A DNA stretch of 64,000 nt, taken from Polyangia bacterium (GTDB taxonomy: Bacteria; Myxococcota_A; Polyangia; Fen-1088). The stretch spans positions 4,638-68,637 of the forward strand of contig DASXOE010000020.1 in assembly GCA_036494575.1 (NCBI GenBank), in the 5' to 3' direction. The notes under the pieces were generated by a model. That model did no database searches, was not told where the DNA came from, and saw only the letters and a list, made by a program, of their open reading frames with translations. The position numbers and the translations under genes were made by a program. How positions within the stretch are numbered: position 1 is the first letter of the stretch; each line of letters starts with the position of its first letter. Shown here in pieces: positions 1-7,077 of this stretch.

Positions 1-2
1 TC

Positions 3-173
3 GAGGGGATGACCGCCCGAGCGAAACGAGGCGAGCTCACCGGCGGGCTCGTCGAGGGCATCGCGAGCATCGGCGGCGCGCTCGCGACCGCCTGCCCCGC
101 CGAACCGAGCTCCGACGCGAACGAGCTGCCCGACACCGTCGCCGTCATTGGCCAGGAGCCGAAGCCGCACTAA
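3..173 (+). CDS. 3' end of an unidentified CDS (partial, starts upstream of the window)
   Basis: Frame 3 is open from the window edge to TAA at 171-173 with strong GC3 bias (...GGLVEGIASIGGALATACPAEPSSDANELPDTVAVIGQEPKPH*). It has no start in the window, so it is absent from the ORF track. No recognisable motif. Confidence 0.3.
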   Translation, partial: EGMTARAKRGELTGGLVEGIASIGGALATACPAEPSSDANELPDTVAVIGQEPKPH

Positions 174-246
174 GAGCGGCCAGCAACAACGTCGTCACGG
201 TCGAGAACGTGAAGGACAGCACGCGGGAAAACATGCGGACATCTGT

Positions 247-1671
247 CTACACGATCTGACGACCGCTGCGCACGACGTAGACGGGGCGGTGCGCGCGGTG
301 CACGACCTCTCCCGTCACGGAACCGAGCACCGTCCGGGCCAGTCCGCCGCGGCCGTGGGAGGCCATCGCGATCGCGTCGGCGTCGAGGCGCTCGGCCGCC
401 TGGACGATCGCCTCGGCCGCCTTGCCGCCGTCGACGATCGACACGTGCGTGGCGATGCCGAGGGATTTCGCCTCGGCCGGGACGAGATCGCGCAGCTCCT
501 TGAGCATGCGGGCCCTCTCGACGTCGGTGAGCCCGGGGCCGGCGGCGTCGTAGGCGTAGGACGGGCTCGGGAGGGCATGCTCGTGGACGTGGCAGAGCTC
601 GACGGTGCCGCCCGTGCCGCGCACGAGCGTGTAGGCGTGGGCCACGGCGGCGTTTCCGAGAGTCGAGAGGTCGGTGACCGCTAGGATCGTGCGCAGCGTG
701 GGGATCCCGGCGGGGCGTGCGAGCGTCGCGGGGGCTGCGGGGACGATCGCGATGGGCACGTAGCGCGAATGGCGGGCGAGGCGCTGCGCGATCGAGCCCG
801 TCAGAAAACGCGTCACTCCGTGACGCTCGTGCGCCCCGACGACGAGCAGGTCGGCTTCCGAGTCCTCGACGGCCACGAGCAGATTGGCGGCCGGATCACC
901 CCAGGCGGCGCGGATGTCGAGCTTCACGGCGCCCTCCCCCGGCAAGCCGTCGATCCTCACGCGGAGCGCCGGCTCGAGGTTCTTGACGACGTCGGGGTCC
1001 ACCTCGAAGAGATCGCGCGCGCCCTGCAGCCCCAAGCGCGCGTATTCCTCGATAGGCCAGTAGAGGTGCAGGAACGTGACGTCGCACGGGACCTCGCGAC
1101 GGAGGCCGGCCACGAAGCCCAGAATCGAACCATCGCCCGAACGATCGTCCGAACCGTCGTGGTCTCCGAGCGCCGCGAGCACCCGCGGCGCCCGCCGCGC
1201 CTCTCCCGCGCGGCCCGCCAACCAGACGGCGGGATCGGGCCGGCGCGGCACGAGCACGACGGGGCGATCGGCTGAGCGCATCGTCCGCGCGGCGACGCTG
1301 CCCAACATCCAGCGTTCGACCGCTCCCGACTCGCCCGTCCCGAGGACGATCATGCGCGCTTCCTCTCGCCGCGCGTGTCCGAGGATGCTTTCGTGAGGCT
1401 CACCCCGGAGCAGCTGGGGACGAATCGAGACGTCGAGCTCTTGCGCCGCCGCGCGTGCCGCTTCGCGCAGCCGCTCCGTGGCGACGCGGAGCCCTTCGGC
1501 GTCGAACTGCGCCGTGTCGAAGACGAGCATGCGCGTGTCCTCTCGGACTGCCGGCGCGACGTGGATGAGGTCGACGGGGCTCCCGTCGCGGCGGGCGACG
1601 GCCGTCGCCCAGGCGAGCGCGCTGTCAGATTGAGGAGAGAAATCGGTGGCGCAGACGATGAGCTGATTCAT
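247..1671 (-). CDS. Universal stress protein family protein with tandem Usp domains
   Basis: 474 aa with ATG at 1669-1671. Repeated Usp-type modules, each ending in a G-x2-G-x9-GSV-type ATP motif (..LGTGESGAVERWMLGSVAARTMRSADRPVVLVP.., ..MASHGRGGLARTVLGSVTGEVVHRAHRPVYVV). Confidence 0.85.
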   Translation of the reverse strand: MNQLIVCATDFSPQSDSALAWATAVARRDGSPVDLIHVAPAVREDTRMLVFDTAQFDAEGLRVATERLREAARAAAQELDVSIRPQLLRGEPHESILGHARREEARMIVLGTGESGAVERWMLGSVAARTMRSADRPVVLVPRRPDPAVWLAGRAGEARRAPRVLAALGDHDGSDDRSGDGSILGFVAGLRREVPCDVTFLHLYWPIEEYARLGLQGARDLFEVDPDVVKNLEPALRVRIDGLPGEGAVKLDIRAAWGDPAANLLVAVEDSEADLLVVGAHERHGVTRFLTGSIAQRLARHSRYVPIAIVPAAPATLARPAGIPTLRTILAVTDLSTLGNAAVAHAYTLVRGTGGTVELCHVHEHALPSPSYAYDAAGPGLTDVERARMLKELRDLVPAEAKSLGIATHVSIVDGGKAAEAIVQAAERLDADAIAMASHGRGGLARTVLGSVTGEVVHRAHRPVYVVRSGRQIV

Positions 1672-1907
1672 GGCAGGGCCCTCATTTCGGGTCGCGCTTG
1701 GCGTAGGCGGCTAGCTCGCGGCTTCTCGTTCGGAGCTCCGCGCCTTGCGCGTCGCCACCAGGGTGGATCGCCACCCGGCGCGCGTCAAACCGCTCGGGCG
1801 CGGCTCCGCCCTCGCGAGCGCATTTTCTGCGCCGCGAGGCGCAGGCGCGCCGCGCGGGAATTCATGAAGGCCGAGCGGGCGAAGCGCTTGCGGTCGCGCG
1901 CGCGCCG

Positions 1908-4259
1908 CTAGTGCGGCGCGATGGCGCCGACGTCGTGCGAACCGGCCGCGCGCGCCGCGCCTGTGAAGTCGGTCGTCACGGCGCCGATGCCCACCTTGCC
2001 GCCGCCAAGCGCCGGTGACCCAGCCATGGGCATGACCTTCGACCAGTCGTACACGAGCTTCTGCGCGATGGTCTGGGTGAGGTCGCTCGTGTCTTGCAGG
2101 AGGGCGTTGCCCTGAACGCTGTGCGCGTCCCAGTTCGGGTGAGCGATCTTCCAGACGGCGAAGCTCATGGCGGTGTCTGGTGAGTTGACCCAGGTCGCCG
2201 GTCCCGAATAGACGTTGTAGTCGTTGTCGATGCCGCGGCCGTCGGCGTCGGCCGCGCGCACGAACCAATCCACCTGCGTCGCCGTCGCGAAGATGTTGTT
2301 CTGGAGGATGCTGTTCGTGCTCGGGTCGCCGCCCTCGGTGGGATCGATCTCGTGCTGCCAGATGAAGGAGTGCTGCCCCGGGACGGCCTCGGCGCCGAGC
2401 ACCCAGGTGTTGTTGGCGATCGCGCAGCTCTTGAGGCCGTGGCGGCTCGGCCCGGTGGTCCCGTCGTCGTAGTCGACGAAGCCGAACTTGCCCCCCATGA
2501 AGATGTTGTTCACGACCGTGATGTTGCCGAGGTGCGCCTGGTGATCGTACGAAGAGCCCGGCTCGTCACCCAGGTTGAGGTTGTTGGGGGTGATGCGCTT
2601 GCCCCAATCCTCGGAGTACCCCTTCGACGCCTCGAACAAACCGTCGAAGGTCTGGCTCTCGTCGCGCGGGTGCTGGAACACGAAGTTCTGTTCGAGCCGG
2701 ACGTTCTGGACGTTGTTGAGATACAAGTTGACCGAGAAGTTGTCGAAGATGACGTTGTGGCGCACCTCATCGTTCATGCTCGGCGCCCCCTGGATGTACG
2801 AGTCGCCCACGATGAGGCCCTCGCCGCCGTTCATGTAAATGACGTTCCCTTCCGCGAGCGCGTTGCTCTGCGTCGACCACTGGATGGCAGCCGGCCAGCC
2901 GCCCGTCGTGTTGGAGTTGTTGAAGCGCGGCCAGTTCTGGAGAACGTTCATCCACACCCGCGAGTTGGTGACCACGTTGCCGTCTCCCGGAGCGTTACCG
3001 GCCTGGCTGAAGAGGGCCGCCGTGCCGCCGTTGAACTTGAAGTCGCAGTGATCGAACGTCTGGCCGTTCGACTCGCTATAAACCCCCGACCACGAGCTGG
3101 CGCGGATGGTCAGGCCGACGAACTTGAAGTGGTCGTGGCCCTGCGCGAGGTAGATCAGCAGCCGGTGCCCCGCCGGGCCGTTGGCGCTGTTGAACAGCAT
3201 CGAGATGTCGAAGGTGTTCGGATCGCCCGCGCCGAGCGTTCCTCCGAAGTCCGCGTACACCATGCCGGCCGCGTCGTCGTAGTACCACTTGTTGCTGCCG
3301 TCCTTGATGTTGGCCTGGGTCTCGACGGGCGGCAGCGGCCCGTACGACGTGTAGAGCTGGCCGCCATCCGTGTTGCCCTGATTCGCCGTGTGGAAGACCT
3401 CCTTGAGGGCAGACTCGCCCTTGGGTCCGTTCACGTAGATGCCGAGCACGGGCTGGTTCGGCATGATCTGCGCGAGCCCGGCCGTGGGCGTCTGCCAAAC
3501 CGTCGTCTGGCCCTGGGCCGTGTAGCGCGTCCAGGTGTTGGGCTTCATGCCGCCGTCGAGAATCGGCGCCCCGGTGCCGCGCCCATAGGAGCCGATCGTG
3601 ATCGGCGCGCCGGCCTTGCCCGAGGGTCCGTTCGCCCAGGACACGTACTCGCGGTAGATGCCGCCGCCGAGCAAGATGGTGTCGCCGGCCTGGACGGCCG
3701 TCTTGAGGAAGGTCGCGGAGAGCGTCTTCTTCGCCGTCGCGAAGGTGGTGCCGTCGTTGCTGTCGTCGCCATGGACGGCGTCGGCGTACCAGGTCTTCGC
3801 GGGCGCCACGGCCTGGGCGACGTCTGGAATGGTTCCGTCGAACACCGGCCAGGGGAAGGTGACGCCGCCCGGCGGGAACGTGCTCGTGCCCACCGCTGGA
3901 GGCGAAGTGACGACGGTCATGCCGGGGCTTCCGCCCATCGCGGACGGTGGAGTGCTGCTGGCGCCGGCCATGCCCGCAGTGATGGCGCCGGTCGTGCCCG
4001 CAGTGAGGGAGCCGGTCGCGCCCGCAGTGAGGGAGCCAGTCGTGCCCGCAGTGAGCGGCGAGGATGATGATGTGGCGCCAGCGCCACCCGTGCCGGTCAT
4101 CGGGACCGAACGGTCGACCATGTTGGGGCCTTGGGAGGACATGCCGCCGCCCGTCGGGAGCGGCGAGCTGCTGACGCCGCCAGGTTCGGAGATCTGCCCC
4201 TTGGCGCAGGCGCCGACCGCGATTACAGAGAAGAGGAAGACCGTGGACAGTTTTCGCAT
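1908..4259 (-). CDS. Secreted lipoprotein with right-handed parallel beta-helix (pectate-lyase-fold) repeats; possible glycan hydrolase/lyase
   Basis: 783 aa. Lipoprotein-like signal MRKLSTVFLFSVIAVGAC, then a Thr/Gly/Ser-rich repeat linker. The body has beta-helix turn patterns (NVIYMNGGEGLIVGDS, NVIFDNFSVNLYLNNVQNVRLEQNFVF, ITVVNNIFMGG, SILQNNIFA). Confidence 0.7.
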   Translation of the reverse strand: MRKLSTVFLFSVIAVGACAKGQISEPGGVSSSPLPTGGGMSSQGPNMVDRSVPMTGTGGAGATSSSSPLTAGTTGSLTAGATGSLTAGTTGAITAGMAGASSTPPSAMGGSPGMTVVTSPPAVGTSTFPPGGVTFPWPVFDGTIPDVAQAVAPAKTWYADAVHGDDSNDGTTFATAKKTLSATFLKTAVQAGDTILLGGGIYREYVSWANGPSGKAGAPITIGSYGRGTGAPILDGGMKPNTWTRYTAQGQTTVWQTPTAGLAQIMPNQPVLGIYVNGPKGESALKEVFHTANQGNTDGGQLYTSYGPLPPVETQANIKDGSNKWYYDDAAGMVYADFGGTLGAGDPNTFDISMLFNSANGPAGHRLLIYLAQGHDHFKFVGLTIRASSWSGVYSESNGQTFDHCDFKFNGGTAALFSQAGNAPGDGNVVTNSRVWMNVLQNWPRFNNSNTTGGWPAAIQWSTQSNALAEGNVIYMNGGEGLIVGDSYIQGAPSMNDEVRHNVIFDNFSVNLYLNNVQNVRLEQNFVFQHPRDESQTFDGLFEASKGYSEDWGKRITPNNLNLGDEPGSSYDHQAHLGNITVVNNIFMGGKFGFVDYDDGTTGPSRHGLKSCAIANNTWVLGAEAVPGQHSFIWQHEIDPTEGGDPSTNSILQNNIFATATQVDWFVRAADADGRGIDNDYNVYSGPATWVNSPDTAMSFAVWKIAHPNWDAHSVQGNALLQDTSDLTQTIAQKLVYDWSKVMPMAGSPALGGGKVGIGAVTTDFTGAARAAGSHDVGAIAPH
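3971..4056 (-). repeat. In-frame 24-bp tandem repeat (about 3.5 copies) encoding the (T/A)G(S/A)(L/I)TAG(T/A) linker of the beta-helix lipoprotein
   Basis: Plus-strand units tgcccgcagtgatggcgccggtcg / tgcccgcagtgagggagccggtcg / cgcccgcagtgagggagccagtcg / tgcccgcagtgagc... The protein reads LTAGTTGSLTAGATGSLTAGTTGAITAG. Confidence 0.85.
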
Positions 4260-4319
4260 CGGGCTAGGGTAGCTTGCTGTGTCGCGGCGGGCACCAGTTA
4301 ACTGCTTGTCCTACATAGG

Positions 4320-4415
4320 GTTTTTCACAAATTCGCGTAATAATTGATGAAATTTTAAACGCAATGCGTCCTCCTGGGACCTGCCCATAATTCGCGAATA
4401 TTATTAATATATTAG
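4320..4415. promoter_or_regulatory. AT-rich island in the divergent intergenic region, with repeated AATTCGCG motifs and a 10-bp palindrome ATTCGCGAAT (4390-4399)
   Basis: tttttcacaaattcgcgtaataattgatgaaattttaaacgc ... cccataattcgcgaatattattaatatattagg lies in otherwise ~70% GC DNA. It sits between the start of the minus-strand lipoprotein gene (4259) and the plus-strand AT-hook protein gene (4719). Confidence 0.4.
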
Positions 4416-4443
4416 GCGGCACTCGCGCCTCGCATTTCGGGGA

Positions 4444-4467
4444 TGTTTCCGAGCCGATTCGGAAACA
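4444..4467. promoter_or_regulatory. Perfect 9-bp inverted repeat TGTTTCCGA-N6-TCGGAAACA (operator or hairpin candidate)
   Basis: The sequence tgtttccga gccgat tcggaaaca is read directly. It lies about 250 bp upstream of the 4719 start. Confidence 0.3.
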
Positions 4468-4718
4468 CTTGAGCTCGCCCTAGCGGCTAACGTCGGTGCC
4501 GCGAAGACCTCTTCGGACGCGCGCGAATTCGACGCGCGGGTGACCGAACGGGACCCGCTGGAAACGCTCGTAGAACAGGTAATGCGCTCGGCACGATCGC
4601 TCGAGCAGCGCGCGCTTCTGTCCACTCGTCTGCGGACGACGCCACCGCTTGCTCGTCACCGTTCGTCGTCGGAAATTCGTAGGAACGGACGCGCGTCGAT
4701 TGGCGTACTATCCCGTCG

Positions 4719-5327
4719 ATGTCCATCAAGGAAGCGGTCGAAGACTTCACTCAACGCCTGCGCGCGCTCCTCGAGGGCCAGGCCATGGAACGCGCCAAGG
4801 CAGCTGTTCTGGACGCGTTTGGTCTCGACGCGCCGAAGCGGAGAGGCCGCCCACCCAAGGCGCTGAGCGCATCCTCGGTTTCCACCAAGGACGTGGGCGC
4901 AAAAGCGAGCACCAAGCGCCGCAAACCGCGAAAGAAGCCGCCGCTCCAACTTTGCCCGGTCCCGGGCTGCAAGAACCCCGCGGCGCCGATCTTCGGCATG
5001 GTCTGCGCGACTCACAAGAACGTCGCGAAGAGTAAGATCCGGAAGTACCGCGAGGCCCGGAAGGCCAAGAAGATGGGTCTGCCGGTCGCGAAGGCGAAGC
5101 CGGCGAAGCGGAAAAAAGCGTCCAAGCGGAAGCTGGCCAAGGCGAGCGCGGCGAAGGCGGTCGCCGTCAAGACAAAGGCCAAGCGAACGAAGTCTGGTCC
5201 GAAGAGGATGGCGAAGCGCTCGCCCCCGAAGACCAGATCGAAGACCGTCTCGGCAGCCGTCGCCAAACCGGTTCCGATGGCGGCGCCCAGCGTCGCCGCT
5301 CCTGCGCCCACGCCGCTGCCCGCGTAG
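4719..5327 (+). CDS. Lys/Ala-rich histone H1-like basic protein with one AT-hook (RRGRPPK) and a C-X4-C-X11-C-X2-H knuckle
   Basis: 202 aa with ATG at 4719. Motifs: KRRGRPPK; LCPVPGCKNPAAPIFGMVCATHKN. The C-terminal half is AKPAKRKKASKRKLAKASAAKAVAVKTKAKRTKSGPKR.. (H1/HMGA-like). GC3-biased codons despite the Lys richness. Confidence 0.7.
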   Translation: MSIKEAVEDFTQRLRALLEGQAMERAKAAVLDAFGLDAPKRRGRPPKALSASSVSTKDVGAKASTKRRKPRKKPPLQLCPVPGCKNPAAPIFGMVCATHKNVAKSKIRKYREARKAKKMGLPVAKAKPAKRKKASKRKLAKASAAKAVAVKTKAKRTKSGPKRMAKRSPPKTRSKTVSAAVAKPVPMAAPSVAAPAPTPLPA

Positions 5328-5343
5328 CGCCTGGGACGTCGAC

Positions 5344-5559
5344 TCAGAACCGGCGGTCGGTCGCCCGCGCTGGCGGCGCGAGGTCGGTGCGCCCGCCTTT
5401 GGCCACAGCCAATGTCTTGCAAGCCGGACAAAGGTGCGACCCCCGCTTGCTGTCGTCGGGCAGCTTGCTGAAATAGAGGCCAGCCACCTTGGCCCCGCAT
5501 AGCCCGACGGGGGACGGCGCTGCCCGCCCGTGCCCCGTCGACATCACATGGAGCATCAT
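5344..5559 (-). CDS. Possible small Cys-containing protein (71 aa from the ATG; the track ORF starts at a TTG at 5583)
   Basis: GGAGG lies at 5565-5561 (minus strand) just upstream of tandem ATGs at 5559/5556, 43-70 nt downstream of the LuxR-type gene on the same strand. Contains ..LCGAK..X21..CPAC. Codon usage is mixed (several rare A/T-ending codons) and there is no family motif. Confidence 0.3.
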   Translation of the reverse strand: MMLHVMSTGHGRAAPSPVGLCGAKVAGLYFSKLPDDSKRGSHLCPACKTLAVAKGGRTDLAPPARATDRRF

Positions 5560-5626
5560 GCCTCCGACTATGACCGGGCCCAAGTCGGGGTCGTGTAACG
5601 ACTTCGTGGATTCTTGGGAACGCAGG

Positions 5627-5971
5627 TCAGGCCGTCGACGCGCCGAGCGAGGACCGAACGCCGGCCCGACGGCCCGCCGGCCGCCAATGGCCTCCGAGCT
5701 TCTTCATCGCGCGCGAATAGATGACCCGAACGGTGGAGTCCGCGATTTCGAGATCGAACGCGACCTCCTTTCGCGTCTTGCCGTCGATGATCATCGAGAG
5801 GATCTGTCGCTCGCGCGGGCTGAGCGGCCTTCCGACCCGGCGCGCTGCTGAGCACGACCACCCCCGGGACGCGACGAATTCGTCCACCGGCGCGAGGGCC
5901 TCCTGCGCCTCGCTCGTGCGAACCTGATTGAAGGAGTCGAAACCACCGCTCTCGAATGCGTGAGTCGCCAT
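5627..5971 (-). CDS. LuxR/FixJ-type helix-turn-helix transcriptional regulator (stand-alone HTH, no receiver domain)
   Basis: 114 aa. C-terminal LSPRERQILSMIIDGKTRKEVAFDLEIADSTVRVIYSRAMKKLG is a typical GerE/LuxR HTH. Confidence 0.8.
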   Translation of the reverse strand: MATHAFESGGFDSFNQVRTSEAQEALAPVDEFVASRGWSCSAARRVGRPLSPRERQILSMIIDGKTRKEVAFDLEIADSTVRVIYSRAMKKLGGHWRPAGRRAGVRSSLGASTA

Positions 5972-5972
5972 T

Positions 5973-5989
5973 GTTCCCCCCTGGGGAAC
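5973..5989 (-). promoter_or_regulatory. 7-bp stem / 3-nt loop hairpin covering the Shine-Dalgarno region of the LuxR-type gene
   Basis: The minus strand reads GTTCCCC-AGG-GGGGAAC-A-ATG. The purine-rich SD candidate (AGGGGGG) is inside the stem-loop, 1 nt from the ATG at 5971. Confidence 0.3.
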
Positions 5990-6231
5990 GCTTCAGCAAG
6001 AGGCGGGCCGAATGGAAACGCCGGAGTTTCTGGCGGAGCGCGGCGCCCTCATCGGACAGATTGTGCAAGTCGGCCGGACAGACTGTTCACCCAAGGGTGC
6101 GAGGATTCGAAACGACGATCCCGCCTGCGGCGCGGCCGCGGAGCCCCCGTGGCATGGGACTCGCGATCGTCGACGTCGGCGGGGGCGATTGATGTAACAT
6201 TCGGCCTCGCGCGCCTCACCAGCGGCGAGAG

Positions 6232-6981
6232 ATGAAACTTTCCGGCAAGTCGGTTCTCGTGACGGGCGGCGCCTCGGGCATTGGCCAGGCCATCGCGCTG
6301 GCTTGCGCTTCCGAGGGCGCCGACGTGGCGATCACCTACGCGACGAGCGATCCCGCGGAGACCACCCGGCGCATCCAGGCGGCGGGCGGCAAGGCGCTCG
6401 CGCTCGAGGCCGATCTTCGCCGCGAGGGGGACTGCGAGAGCGTCGTCAAGAAGACTCTGTCCACCTTCGGGGATCTCGACGTCCTCGTCGCGAACGCGGG
6501 CGGGCTGGTCAAGCGCAGCCGCGCCGTCGAGACGTCGCTCGAGGTCTGGAACGAGGCCCTCGCGCTCAACGTCACGAGCACCTTCCTGTGCTGCCGCGCC
6601 GCCCTCCGCCACATGGAGCCACATCGGAAGGGCAACCTCATCCTCGTGAGCTCGCTCGCCGCTCACGACGGCGGCGGCTTCGGCGCGAGCCACTACGCCG
6701 CGGCGAAGGGAGCCATCCTGACCTACACCCGCGCGCTCGCCAAGGAGGTCGGCCCCCTCGGCATCCGCGTCAACGGCCTCGCGCCCGGTCTCATCGCGAC
6801 GCGCTTCCACGACACCTTCACGCCCGCCGAGGCCCGCAAGGCCACCGTCGAGCGCACGCCCTTGCGTCGCGAGGGAACGCCCTGGGACGTGGCCGCCGCC
6901 GCGCTCTTCCTCGCGAGCGACGCGTCGTCGTTCCTCACAGGTGAGACCATCGAAGTGAACGGTGGCCTCGGCCTTTATTGA
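6232..6981 (+). CDS. Short-chain dehydrogenase/reductase (FabG-like 3-oxoacyl reductase family)
   Basis: 249 aa. Contains VLVTGGASGIGQAIA (TGxxxGxG), NAGG and SSLAAHDGG..HYAAAKGA (YxxxK). Confidence 0.9.
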   Translation: MKLSGKSVLVTGGASGIGQAIALACASEGADVAITYATSDPAETTRRIQAAGGKALALEADLRREGDCESVVKKTLSTFGDLDVLVANAGGLVKRSRAVETSLEVWNEALALNVTSTFLCCRAALRHMEPHRKGNLILVSSLAAHDGGGFGASHYAAAKGAILTYTRALAKEVGPLGIRVNGLAPGLIATRFHDTFTPAEARKATVERTPLRREGTPWDVAAAALFLASDASSFLTGETIEVNGGLGLY

Positions 6982-7035
6982 TCGGGGGGGACCGCCCGGC
7001 GGCCGACCGCCTCTGCGTACCCCCCCGCCTCCGCT

Positions 7036-7062
7036 GGTCGCCGCGGCGAAGCCGCGTCGACC
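7036..7062. terminator. GC-rich hairpin (11 of 12 bp paired, GAA loop) between convergent genes; candidate bidirectional terminator
   Basis: The sequence is ggtcgccgcggc-gaa-gccgcgtcgacc. It lies between the SDR stop (6981) and the SLT/M23 stop (7078). There is no U-tract, as is usual in high-GC genomes. Confidence 0.4.
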
Positions 7063-7077
7063 AGCCCCAACCTCTCG

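Noticed and set aside
3971-4056. CRISPR-like regular repeats (also 59510-59555)
   Set aside because: The units are contiguous with no spacers, are in frame within CDSs, and encode peptide repeats. There are no cas genes. They are coding tandem repeats, not CRISPR arrays.
4540-4866. 108-aa plus-strand ORF and overlapping ORFs in the 4260-4718 intergenic region
   Set aside because: The translations are Arg/Ser-rich without motifs, and the ORF overlaps the well-supported 4719 CDS out of frame. The region is better explained as a long regulatory or 5' UTR segment.
6101-6121. tRNA T-arm-like GGATTCGAAAC string
   Set aside because: It does not match the GGTTCGAATCC T-loop consensus. I could not fold the flanking acceptor and anticodon arms.
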